Position numbers and translations under genes: made by a program
Shown here: piece by piece, positions 52,546-64,000 of the stretch
How positions within the stretch are numbered: position 1 is the stretch's first letter
Layout: every line of letters starts with the position of its first letter
Assembly: GCA_964106645.2 (NCBI GenBank)
Contig: OZ067047.1
Strand: one strand, 5' to 3'
Length of the DNA: 64,000 nucleotides
Source of the DNA: Podarcis pityusensis
Taxonomy: Eukaryota
The notes under the pieces: model-generated
What the model was told of the DNA's origin: nothing
Databases searched by the model: none
The model's input: the letters and a program-made list of their open reading frames with translations, nothing else

Positions 52546-53349
52546 TTTAAGGTAGTGATACGAAAATCTAGGACTGTTTTAGACATTATTAACTAGGAAG
52601 GCTAAACCTTTACAGATTGAAACAAAAGAAAGATTAGGGGAAATTAAGAAGAATGTTATAATAAATTTGATTTTAAAAGTTGTGTTAAATATTTGAAGAT
52701 GTACTAAAATCTGACCCCATTGCAATAGCCTCAGATATACATAATGCAAGTTCCACTCTCCAGCATAATGACTCTACAGAGTGAAGCAAGAGATATAATT
52801 CAATTCAGAGAATTAATTAAAAATATTAAGTTTCTTCCCTTTGAGGAGCCAATAAAAATGAAACGGAAGTACATAAGCCACCATACTGCACAGATGTAGA
52901 TAATTATTTATATTACTGGCTGAGAAGAAACCACCTGCAGCAGGATAGCTATTTCTTTTTATTAAAATAATTCCTCCTCTAATACTCACCAGGTTAGTGG
53001 ACTTGGCTGTAGTAGTGGAAGTGCCCTGCGAACTTGAACCTCTTTTTTTAAAAAAATGGACTGGGGAGGGGAACCAGGCAACCCATATTTTAAGACAGGG
53101 AATCTCTGGATTCAAAGGTGCCATTTTCGTAACAGCCCAGTGGGTTTAGAGAGGCAAATCTGCCTTGATTAGTAGCTGGGGTGAGGTGTGTGGTGTGAGG
53201 ACACCCTTTTAAAAAGTGTGGACGCACCGACAGCAAATGATTACTACTGCTGCTGCTGGTATGCACCCTATGGGTCGCCTCCGCTCTGGATAACCCCAAG
53301 TTCCCCCATATATATCTCCCCTCCCCTCCCCGCTCCCCTTCTCCCAATG

Positions 53350-53960
53350 GGCAATCTTGGCCTGCCTCGTCACTCCCGTCGCAATGTGGGGAGGGCGGGG
53401 AGCGGGCGGCCCAGCTTCCTCCTTCGAAATGTTGTTTTCCTACTTCTCTTTCCCCACCCTGACGGGACTACACCGCGGTCTCACCCCACCTCACCCTCCG
53501 AGCTCCTCCCTTTTCCACTCCCTCCCTAAGGGTGGGTGAGCGCGCGCTACAGCCACGGCGCGCGTGCGCGCGCAGCTCCTCGTCCCCCCCCCCTTTTCGG
53601 GCAGCCGTTATCGATCGAGTCGCGCGCGCGTATGTATATGTGTGCGCGCGCGACACCGCAGTGGAGCGCGAGACGAGCTCCTGTTACAGTTGCTGCCGCT
53701 ATTTGGGCGGGCTGGACAGCTGAGGGAGGGCAGCAGAATCCCTCAACGCAGCGGGAACCGGAGCAAGGGCACGCGACCGGGAGCCAGATAGGGGAGGGAG
53801 GGGGGAGACCCACATAGTCTGCCAGCCATTCAGAAGCGGAGAACTCTTGTCTCCTCAGCAACGGGCCTGGGTGGCCAAGACTGCGTCTGCCCTTATTTCG
53901 CGCCCTGCTGGTCGTTAAGATCTCCCTCACTCTTCACCCGCTTCAGCCTGGCACGAGAGC
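53350..53960 (+). promoter_or_regulatory. ANKS1B: CpG island promoter of ANKS1B
   Basis: CpG-dense block 0.4-1.0 kb upstream of the ATG; GC box GGAGGGCGGGG; NRF1-like GCGCGTGCGC at 53560-53569. Confidence 0.75.
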
Positions 53961-53966
53961 TCTGAG

Positions 53967-53968
<2 letters not shown>

Positions 53969-54006
<38 letters not shown>
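53969..54006. repeat. (CT)19 microsatellite in the presumptive ANKS1B 5' UTR
   Basis: Direct reading. Confidence 0.95.
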
Positions 54007-54009
<3 letters not shown>

Positions 54010-54350
54010 CGCTTCACCAAACTAGAATTTGGGCAGAGGGTGGGGGGAAGAGTCTTTCTTCCTCTGCGCCCCCCCTCCTCCCTCTATTTTTCTTCCACAC
54101 TCCACCCAGAAATGATCTGCTGAAAATAGGAGGAGGTGATTTTCCCCTCCCAACCACTGCTCCTGCTGCTCCTTTTTCTGCTGTGTTCTTGTGAAGGCTT
54201 CAGGAATATCCCTAAATCGCTCAGTCTGACAGGCGAGCAGGGAAATTATTTTTTTGTGGAGAGGGTCCATTTTTGGGTGGGGAGGCGGGGATAACTTACA
54301 CGGCGTTTTGGGGGTGGTCTCGTGTGAAGGTTCTCTGATGATTCCCGACC

Positions 54351-54484
54351 ATGGGGAAGGACCAGGAACTGCTGGAAGCTGCTCGCACTGGGAATGTGGC
54401 TTTGGTGGAAAAACTCTTGGCTGGCAGGAAAGGAGGGCTCCTGGGCAGTGGATCTGGACCTATTCCTTTATCCAACTTGCTGAG
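54351..54484 (+). CDS. ANKS1B: Ankyrin repeat and SAM domain-containing protein 1B (AIDA-1/EB-1), first coding exon; gene continues beyond the window
   Basis: accATGG Kozak; [44 protein letters not shown]; donor AG|GTAGGG; not in the supplied ORF track. Confidence 0.93.
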
Positions 54485-57034
54485 GTAGGGATATGGTTTC
54501 CCAGCAGGTGCTGGGGATAGTAACCTCCTCCTCCTCCCCTTCATCATCATCATCACAACCACCGCCACCCTCATTCTTGCAGTATTATAGTAACTATAAA
54601 ATGTGTCTTCTGAGTATGTACAGCTGAGGGAGAGGTGTGTGTCCTATATGAGTTTAAAAGCAACTGGCCATGATGTTATTGACATACAGTAGTAACATTT
54701 GCATTTATCTCCTTCAGTGAATCGGTAGGAACTTGCATTGGCTTCATTACTTGTACTGGGGCAGAACTTTGGAATGTATTGGACAATTTGATGTGTACAT
54801 GCACATTATTTCTCTCAGGTTTTCTTTTTTCATCTGGATAATAAAAATTAGTTCATTTGGTAATTAAAGGCATGCTTGCATATTTGTAACTATATAGCAA
54901 ATAGCCTTCCTCCATTGCCTTATGCTTACTGCCCTAATTTGCAACAGAAATTAGCCATGTGTCTCATTAATAGGACTATACTGTTAAGAAATTTGAACTT
55001 CCTGGTGAGAGGTCAGCTACAAGCAATAGGTGCAAAATGTATGCAGTCAGTGATTAACATTTTCAGAACTATATGAGACTAGGTTATTAGGCATTTCCAG
55101 GTGGAAGGGGCCAATTTCTAATCCTGAAAGAGCTTATACAATGTGTGGGATAGCATTTAATGTAAAGCATGAATGGTACAGTATCAGTACAGTATCTGCA
55201 GCTGAGAAGGACATATTTTTTTTTACAGGTATTTGACTTTAGTCAAATAAAAGAAGGTCTGCAGCACACAGTTCTCTGTTAACGGCAGACACAAGTGCAG
55301 CAAGGGAAAATGAATTGGCATGCTATTGACCTAAAACTTGAACTAATCATTAAATGTGTTCCACTGCAAGAACAGAAGCAGGCCTGAAGTAATGAAAATT
55401 GTTTCAGTGACAAGCAAAAAAAGGTCCTGTAGTTTCCTGGATTCTCCATAGTAACAGGTTTAATATTTTGTCAGGCTGCCACATTATCTTTTTGCAAATG
55501 TAGTTGTTTTAAAGGTTATTAATTTTCACCCACTTATTTCTTATTTTTGTATTTTGCAATGGTTCAATAAGAACAACATTTTTGTTAGTGTATTGGTTGG
55601 CATAGTGAATATATAGGATTGTTTTTAGTAGTATAATTATATAGCTTGGGTCAAAAAGGAAATGTCAGTTAATTTGATGAATTTTAATGTAAGCATCATT
55701 AATTAAACATGATTTAAAAAACAACAACAACCCTACACGTACCAGAAATTCACTTTGATGCAATTAACATCCATCTCTTCTGTAATCAGTCTGCACAGTT
55801 CTTAAATGTTTACTTTCTTTGGATTCCTTTTAATAGAGCAGTGTATTCCTATACACATCTCTTTGAGAGAATTTGATGGCTCATTTTTAAAAATAGGGAA
55901 TAGATTGAAGAGATGCATTTGTAATGTGGCTTGAAGACTACAATGGTGGGTATTATAGAAAACTGTTGATTACTAAAAGTAGAAAATTACATTAAGTGCT
56001 ATCTGGCACTATTTTTAATAGAAAGCATATTAGTTTTGTAACGCATTACAGTTGCATATTGCTGCACTTTCCCACTCACTTAGCCCTGCTTTTGGAACCT
56101 ATTTAAAATTAGACAATACTTATATGACAAGTGTCATTCAGGTTACTCAACAAAGCCAAAATTAAGGCCCTATCTTCAACAAGTACAAAATGTACGTATT
56201 TATCAGTAAGGCTGGAAAAATATTTCTTATTTTTAAAAGTCAGTTAGCATCCAGGGTTGTATTCTACTAAGTTATGGAGCAGGCTCACTGAAATCAATTT
56301 GTCCATTGATTTCATTAGGTCTACCCTGACTTAATTAGATGCAGCACTAAACATTTGCATGGCAGTGTAGAAAACATAAATAAAGGCACCACCATCACAT
56401 CAAGTACCTCTTGAGCTTCTTTTGATAACTTTGTTGATAACATAATAAATGATCAGATACATCATATTGCCCTGATACTGCATTAAATTGCTGTTGGATT
56501 TAATGGTTTCTTATGTTCCTAGACTTAACAGTATTACTGACATCATAGTCACTTATCTTGTCTGTTTTTCAAGATCAAATGCTGGTGGCAGTTGTGAATC
56601 CACTCACAGATGTAGTTTTCTCTGTACAATTCCAGTATTAATTAAAACTTCACTTGTGAAAACTGATGAACTTTCAAACTGGAATGCTTACTACAGTGAA
56701 ATGAACAAAGTTTGCAGCTGTCTATTTGGATATTGGCATATGCAAGTGGAAATATTGTGGTATTATGACCCACTAGGAGAAGGATCATTCCCAGGAACCC
56801 TGAACTTGTATGGTCCTGTACATATAAAGTTTGGAAGTGAAACAGGCCATTCAGAAATAAGCCAGAAGCTTTTGCATTCTAAGGTGGAATCTAGGTATAC
56901 AAAATTAGTTTAGTTTGTATCTTAATAATTGTCAAAAATACCTACAAGCTTGTTGGGGCAGAGGTGGATTTAAGGGAGAGTGATTGGTTCGCCTGCACTG
57001 AGCCTTGAGCTGAGAAGGCACTGCAGCAATAACT

Positions 57035-57607
57035 TAGACCCTCTAAATAGATATACTTGATCTCTATTTTCCAGGGATGTCCCTGATTTAGAGAAGCCAT
57101 CCCAGCTTCTGATTTGATCCCAAAATGTCCTGCTTTTCCTTAGGACGTCCCTATTTTCATCAGTTAAATGTTAGAGGGTATGGAGTTATTCGACTCGTGA
57201 GCTGTCTGAAAGCAATCCTGTATAGGGAAGTTTTATTTAATGTTTAATGTTTAATGTACCTCGGGTTACATACGCTTCAGGTTACAGACTCCGCTAACCC
57301 AGAAATAGTGCTTCAGGTTAAGAACTTTGCTTCAGGATGAGAACAGAAATCGTGCTCCAGCGGCGTGGCGGCAGCAGGAGGCCCCATTAGCTAAAGTGGT
57401 GCTTCAGGTTAAGAACAGTTTCAGGTTAAGAACAGACCTCCGGAACGAATTAAGTACTTGACCCGAGGCACCACTGTATTATGTTTTTATATATATTGGA
57501 AGCTGCCCAGCGGTGGCTGAGGCAACCCAGTAAGATGTGTGGGGTACAAATAGTAACATTATCATTATGGAATGAGATGTCCCTATTTCATCATGTTGGA
57601 GGGTATG
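57035..57607. mobile_element. Composite repeat: DNA-transposon-like element containing an L2 3' end, itself interrupted by a MITE
   Basis: Duplicated end motif GA(C/T)GTCCCTATTT..CATCA..ATGTT(A/G)GAGGGTATGGA at about 57144-57184 and 57576-57609 brackets an L2-like tail homologous to 8880-9000. Confidence 0.55.
57256..57476. mobile_element. Second copy of the 1992-2198 MITE, left TIR missing its first 5 bp
   Basis: Near-identical to 1997-2198, plus 19 extra bp between TGCTTCAGG repeats; right end CCACTG followed by TA. Confidence 0.9.
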
Positions 57608-59894
57608 GAATAGAAGGCAGGAGGCCAGGTTGAAATTACCAGGGCCTAGCAATCTAGAAGGGGTCCCAGGGCCTGACTATCTTGCATTTGTTTTATGCAA
57701 TTTCTAATAAAATATATATTTCATATTCAGTGCACACACAATTCTAAATAACTAGCTTACAAACTTGTGCTGTAAACATTTGCAACTCTATATGAACATT
57801 TGCTTCTGTGGTTTGACAGTATGACAGTGCAGTCTCATCTTATTACAAAGTCACATTTGTATGTTTTTTAAGTGAATACTGCAAATACAACAAAGTTGTT
57901 GTGTGATACACATTGTGTTGTGTTACACATACAAGTGTAACATTTAAAGTACTGTATAGTTAGTTGAGCAATTATTATATGAGTGCTTATTGATATTAGT
58001 CATTAGGATCTTAACATTCTCAATAGGTACACATATTATATTTATTATTAAGCTAAAAATGAGACCACACATTTATTTTAAATCCCATGTAAATATTTTT
58101 AGTTGGCCTGCCCTTGCTGGAGGGCACAAATTTTTTTTCCAGTGGGGCTCGAACCTGCTTTCAGTGGCTCTGGGAAGAGAAAGGTATATAAAAAAGAGAG
58201 AGGGAGAGAGAGAGTGGCAGGAAGAGGAGGTCTCACCTTGTGATACTTTTAATCCCTATCATCGCAGTACTGAATTTTCAAATATGAAAAAGGGATATAG
58301 CTATAGCTAGGTTAGCTGTACACCTTTAAACTCTACAAGTCTGGATTAATGGGAAACCTGTGTTGTTGTTGTTGTTGCCCACACCTCCCAGTTGGAGAAA
58401 TCTTGATGTTTGCTCTACACTGCTTTGAGAGTTCAAGAATACAGCAAACCACTGATGTTTTAAAGCAGACTGTGGAAGTGGAGCAATGAACTGTCAATTC
58501 AGACATCAGCCCAGCCTGTGTATCTGACTCTCTATTTGGTCATCAGGTTGCAATTATAGCATTAGTTAGAAAGTCGTTTTATTAGCTAGGGAAGTGTAGT
58601 GTTAGGGAGGGAAGTGATACATAAAATCATTGCATCTTTTTAAATGTAAGTGGGATTTCTTAGTGGTTTCTGTATTCTGGTTCTACCACTATCAGTGATG
58701 ATTCAGAATCATAGGGGACTATTCCTCCTCAGGCCTTACTGGATTGTTTTCAAAACATCATGCTTGGGATCAGTTTAAATACTTCCAGCGAAATGGCCTT
58801 CCTTTTCTTTTGTGGACATATTTGGAACAAGGCCATCTCCAGGTTTTGGAGGGTTTTTTGACAACATATTCTCACTGGGTCCAATTGCTTGCTGAACTCC
58901 CCACAATTTGCTCATGACAGCAAATTTGGGTCCAGCGTGGAGGTGCCAGGTGCCTCAGATTGACTGCAGTAATATACACTGTGAAGATGCTACAACTCCA
59001 GTTTCTCACCTTCTCCTCATTCTGTGCTAGGTTGTAAAAGCTACACAAGCTTAACAGAGAGGCTTGCCAATGATGTGTCTTTCAAACCATGGAGAGTTTG
59101 TTTCTTTTTCTTTTCTTTTTTAAAAAGAGCTCTGCAGAGATGGAGGAGAAGAAAATCAATTTCTTGTATCGCTGCTGAATTATGAAGTCCATTCCTTTCC
59201 TGGGAAGAATGAGCTCAAGATTCATGTCATTTATGAGCAACCCAATGCCCTGGGGATAGCTAGGACTGACTCTGATTCTTCATGTGAGGAAATGACCTGT
59301 GCTGATGAGGAATTTTGAAGCTAGCAAGAATCTAGCTAATTCAGTAAGAAGGAAGCATGTTTCTGATTCAAGAAGACTTCAGAGGAGAGCAGTGGTATCC
59401 CATTTGCAGAAGGAAGCTAATCAATAGGAAAGGACAGAAGAGAAATTATTATCTTTCATCTGCAAATGAGATACCATTGCTCTCCACTGAAGTCCTCTTG
59501 AATCAAGAGACATGCTTCCTTCTTACTGAATTGTTTGCTTGATTCATCCATTCATTTGCTACTGAAGGGGCAAAGATCAAACCATCCATATATTCTCCAC
59601 CCATTGGGCAGAGGTTGTGGGTATGTCTAAAGTGCTCCTGGCTCTCTGGGAACAAGCTTGTTCCCTTGAGGAAAAGGTGGTAGACCTGGAAAAGGGAAGA
59701 GAGAGAAATAGTGGTAGATGCAGCTTTCAGGGGCGTTGTAGCTGTTTCCTACTGCCACAATGACAGCTGATATGCTGTCAGGGAAAATGAGGGTCTCAAA
59801 TAAGGAAAGTGAGGAAGAGGGAAACATTTCCTTAGAAGGGAAATGAGGGGGACATCTATCCTCTTCTGCTGAGAATACTTCTCCAGTGGGTGGA

Positions 59895-60490
59895 AGGATT
59901 GTGGTAGTAGGCGATTTGCTCCTTAGATGTATAGTTGGGTGTGCAATGGACATACAGACCGCAGGGTGAATTGACTGCCTGGTGCTAAGGTTGAGGATGT
60001 TACCTGCCACCTAGATAGCCTGGTAGATGAGGAGGAGACAGTGGTTGTGGTGCTTATGGGCACCAACATCATCAGGAAATGCAGTCACGAGGTCCTGGAA
60101 GTCAAATTTAGGTTGTTAGGTAGGATGCTGAAAGCCAGGGCCTCCAAATGCTACTGGTCCCATGGAGGGTCAGCCAGCTAGGCACAGCTTTGTGGTCTCA
60201 ATGCTTGGGTGAGACAGTGGCTTTGGGAGGAGGAATTGATTAAGTTGCAGGAAGCAAAGAGTAGGAAGGAGTAGAGAGGGGTTTCCCCCAAGGACAGGTA
60301 TTGGAACTTGTACTTTTTAACTTGTTCATAAACAATCTTGAATTAGGAGTAACTTGATGATGATACTAAATTGTTTAATGTGTGTGTGGGGGGGGGGAGA
60401 TTGTGAAGAGCTCCAAAAAGACCTCTTCAATCTGAGTGAATGGGTTGTAAAATGGCAAATGTAATTCACTGTAAAAAGTGTAAACTAAGT
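59895..60490 (+). mobile_element. Degenerate CR1 LINE: ORF1 SGNH-esterase remnant joined to an ORF2 RT remnant
   Basis: VVVGDLLLR, LPGAKVEDVT, VVVVLMGTN, LEVKFRLLGRMLKAR (esterase-like), then PQG-like, LFNLFINNLELG, DDTKLF, DCEELQKDL..LSEW..KWQM (RT-like), with frameshifts. Confidence 0.75.
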
Positions 60491-60497
60491 GATGAAT

Positions 60498-60816
60498 GGG
60501 ATGCGGGTGGCGCTGTGGGTTAAACCACAGAGCCTAGAGCTTGCCGATCAGAAGGTCGGCGGTTCAAATCCCCGCGACAGGGTAAGCTCCCATTGCTCGG
60601 TCCCTGCTCCTGCCAACCTAGCAGTTCAAAAGCACGTCAAAGTGCAAATAGATAAATAGGTACCGCTCCGGCGGGAAGGTAAACAGCGTTTCCATGCGCT
60701 GCTCTGGTTTGCCAGAAGCGGCTTAGTCATGCTGGCCACATGACCTGGAAGCTGTACGCCAGCTCCTTCGGCCAATAAAGCGAGATGAGCACCGCAACCC
60801 CAGAGTTGGCCACGAC
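60498..60816 (+). mobile_element. Sauria SINE (Squam1/POM type), 3' end truncated
   Basis: GGGATGCGGGTGGCGCTGTGGGTTAAACC (A box)...GGTTCAAATCC (B box)...CCTGCCAACCTAGCAGTTCAAAAGC...GCTGGCCACATGACC; lacks the ACCTTT-type tail. Confidence 0.88.
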
Positions 60817-61443
60817 AGAGACCAGCCTTGTACATACACCTGATTAGATACTAGCCTACAAGTCCCCATAAGTTACTAGCCCATAAAGGCTGAATGAGAT
60901 AGATGAATTTCTATAGTAGGCAAAGTGGAGGAAGCTCTCTCCTCTCCCATGTGCAACTGTGTGTGTGTGTATTGTACAGACTGGCACACTGTCTCTTGGA
61001 TATCTTATATATTTGATTAAAGGATATCTGGCCCAGATATCTGGCCCAGTCAGCAATATAAAAAGTTTGATTAATAAATTGCACATAATTTCAACATTTG
61101 TATTATAAGCTGTGAAAGCTGTCCTCAGACAGGTTGCTATTACAGTCATGGTCATTGCAGCCAAGATCTATGAAGACACTTACATGTAGTAATTAAAGGC
61201 ATAATAGCAATTAGACTTTTGAATAGGCATGTCTTTGCATTACACCTTGGAGCGATGTATGCAGTAATTATAAGCAGTTTGTAGTGCTGTTTATTCAGAT
61301 GGATGCTGATTATTGCTGTGTAAATAAGATAATTTAACAATGAGTTTTTCTGAAGATACTAGTAGTTTGTTTTAATATGAAATATGAACTTAACGTCAGA
61401 TATACACTGGTAGCAAACAATTCTTGGCTGTTATGCCTATATA

Positions 61444-61828
61444 CCGTATTTTTCGTCCTATAGGGCACACGCACCTCGTTTTTTGGGGGGGAATGAATAA
61501 AAAATGTTTATTCCCCCCCCCAGCCGCGGCTGCCGCCCCAAGCCTTGCGCACACCTCCCGAAGCACGGGGCGCCCTCCGGAGGGCGCCCCATGCTTCAGG
61601 CTGCAGGCTGCTGCCCGCAAGCCTTGTGAGCCCGTGGGAACTCCCGCCGGGCTTGCAAGGCTTGCGGATAGCTTCCTGAAGCCTGGAGAGCAAGAGGGGT
61701 CGGTGCGCACCGATGCCTCTCGCTCTCCAGGCTTCAGCGAAAGCCTGCATTCGCCCCATAGGACGCACACACATTTCCCTTTCATTTTTGGAGGGGAAAA
61801 TGTGCGTCCTATGGGGCGAAAAATACGG
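61444..61828. mobile_element. Tc1/mariner (Tc2/pogo-like) MITE, 385 bp
   Basis: TIR CCGTATTTTTCGTCCTATAGGGCACAC versus reverse-complement end CCGTATTTTTCGCCCCATAGGACGCAC; TA on both flanks; CpG-rich interior. Confidence 0.88.
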
Positions 61829-62214
61829 TATGTTGTTTTAAGAGCAGCTTCACTTTAGGCCAAAATGAATTTGAAGAAAATTTTGAACATAAGCTCATGG
61901 TAAAACAGATTCTGATTGTTTCCATGTGGTGATTACAGTAGTGTTTTATTCGAGGGTTACGCAAAAACACATATACTTGAATCAGCCCCTTGGAACTGCC
62001 AGATTCACGAGTCTACATACACAGGAAGGGCATTAGCATCTAGTTGGTGGTTATCTATAACCTCTGGGTCCAGGTCTCTTAATAAGAAGGCTCTTTTTGG
62101 CCTACTCTTGAAGGGTCAAGAGAGCCTAAGTAGTTGGACAGACCTCTGTCCTTATATGTCCTCAAGCTGCAATAACTGGATCTCAAAAAAAACCAACCTG
62201 ACAGTGCTCTGCAC

Positions 62215-62350
62215 CAGGCATAGGCAAACTCGTCCCTCTAGATTTTTTGGGACTACAACTCCCATCATCCCTAGCTAACAGGACCAGTGGTCAAGGGTGA
62301 TGGGAGTTGTAGTCCCAAAACATCTGGAGGGCTGAGTTTGCCTATGCCTG
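62215..62350. mobile_element. Palindromic hAT-type MITE, 136 bp
   Basis: CAGGCATAGGCAAACTC...GGGACTACAACTCCCATCA / TGATGGGAGTTGTAGTCCC...GAGTTTGCCTATGCCTG; 8-bp TSD CTCTGCAC / CGCTACAC (6/8). Confidence 0.85.
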
Positions 62351-64000
62351 CGCTACACACTTCTCCAAAATCTACATTAATGTGTTGTCAGTGTCAGCAC
62401 AGATGTGATAGCTGTGTGGGATTGTCTTTCCTCATAGAAACTGACCCAGACCCTGCAATCATCATCTGTGGCTGTTCTTCATGTGCCTCCTCTATGAGAG
62501 GTCCCCAGAGGGTGGCAACACAAGAATGGTCCTTTTCTGTGGTAGCTCCCTGTTTGTAGAATGCTCACCCCATGGTGGCTCACCTGGCGCCTTCATTACA
62601 TATATTTAGGTGTCAGATGAAAACTTTTCTTTATAACAAGGCCTTAGGTTGATTAACTTTCTAAGGCCTTTAAAATGTGTTTGTATGAGGGGAGTTATTG
62701 TTTAGTTTTTGTGTTCTCATTTTGTATTTTTATGTTGTGAATCACCCTGTGATCTTTGGGTGAAGGGTGATATACAAATTTAATTTAAAAAAAAAATGAA
62801 ATAAAACATGAGCCAGTTTCATAGGGCCCCATCCCTTGGTTTAAAAATCTCTTTTAACTTTGGGGTTAAGGCAAGAGTGTTTTCTTATTCTATTTATGTT
62901 TGTCTTGCTTTAATGGTGTTACGTTTTATTTTCTATTTTCTATTGTCTTTATATTAATTTATTGTAGGCCACTCAGATGTTTTGTGGCAACATATAAATA
63001 TCGTAAGTAAATAAAATTAGTTGATGCTAAGGGCCATGGTCCTATCAAATTTGCACAAATTCCTACACAAAATCTGGAAATTACATAACTGGATTTTTAA
63101 ATTATTAACCACTTGCAATGTACTGAGATCCAACCCGTGTAATGGCCACAGAGAAAGGAACAGAGAGTGAGAGCAGTCTTCCTGCCGTTAAATAAGGAGT
63201 TGGCTCTGTGTCACATGCAGCAGGTAGACTGCTGCTGAGACTGCTTGGCTGAATAGAATCTCTCTTGATTACTGCAAGTCTCCTCACCCCTTTTGGTGCG
63301 GTGGTGTTGCAGGACAGCCGAGGTTCCACAGGAGCCCCGATGATGGAGCCATGGCTACAGTGTATTTCCTGGTAGGCAGCAGAGGCACAAACCCCTGTCA
63401 CCTATCAGGAGCCAGATCCTAGCCTGCACCCTGCTTTGGAGAATGGGGATGCAGGCTGGGATCTGAACTGTGCCAGGGGGCGGAGCTGATGGAGCAGGTA
63501 GGCTTCTCTCACGTCCACCTCCTGACCATTTAAGCAGCCTGCACCTGGGGCACTACCTGTTTGTTCTTTTGTTTGGTTTCCTTGCCCACCCACCCTTGGT
63601 TTAGGTTGACAGTCAAGGACCTTGCTGTGGCTATGGTGGTTGCTGTTCTTTATGGGGCAGGGTAGGAATTTGTCCACTGGGCATATTGGCTCTGACTTGG
63701 TGGTTTTGCTTACCTCATAGCATTCATCACAACTTAGGTGGGGCATTGGGGCAATCCGTTGTTTTGGATGGAGGGGAGGTTGTAGTATCCGCCTGCCCTT
63801 CCAGACACTCGGGTATCCTGTTAAAGGGATCTGGGGGGAGTGGTCATGTCCACATGCCCAGGCAGGGCCAGGACCCTAGGCACTCCTCCAGACGGCGGTC
63901 CCTGCGGGGGTCACCCTATTTAATGTAAGTCTTAGGAACCCCTGCCTGGATTGACCTCCGGTGGGCAGGCTGGATTTTGATTGTCCCATGCCCAAGACAA

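Noticed and set aside
56488-56913. 141-aa ORF in ANKS1B intron 1 as a possible exon 2
   Set aside because: No ankyrin-repeat content; the expected continuation (IWRGPNVNC...) was not found in the window.
60498-60580. tRNA gene
   Set aside because: The A/B boxes belong to the tRNA-derived head of a Sauria SINE; no cloverleaf acceptor stem.
61444-61828. Apparent intronic CpG island/alternative promoter with 88-144 aa ORFs
   Set aside because: The CpG-rich block coincides with a TIR- and TA-bounded MITE.

Overview
This is eukaryotic genomic DNA from a squamate reptile, probably a lacertid lizard, judged from the Sauria/Squam SINE and MITE content. It is AT-rich, intron-containing and has four CpG-rich promoter regions. 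Hand-splicing gives three genes. (1) A complete ACTR6 gene on the minus strand (11 coding exons, 1191 nt, 396 aa, 11985 to 3839). (2) A complete BLTP3B/UHRF1BP1L gene on the plus strand (21 coding exons, 4338 nt, 1445 aa, 13833 to 45940), head-to-head with ACTR6. (3) The first coding exon of ANKS1B (54351-54484, +), followed by its first intron. A CpG island at about 1.3-2.1 kb is probably the SCYL2 promoter, but this rests on synteny only. DEPDC4, which lies between SCYL2 and ACTR6 in human, has no room and no recognisable exons here. The rest is transposon-derived: Tc1/mariner-pogo and hAT MITEs, L2/CR1/RTE LINE fragments, SINEs, and Penelope-like elements carrying minimal hammerhead-ribozyme motifs. 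Most ORFs in the supplied track are spurious. I found no convincing new protein-coding system. The best second-look items are a young Penelope-derived insertion in ACTR6 intron 3 (perfect 47-bp hairpin enclosing a hammerhead core, 15-bp target-site duplication), the apparent DEPDC4 loss, upstream ATGs in all three genes, and an RTE LINE with a likely non-autonomous partner. Gene and repeat-family names come from recalled homology, not from database searches.
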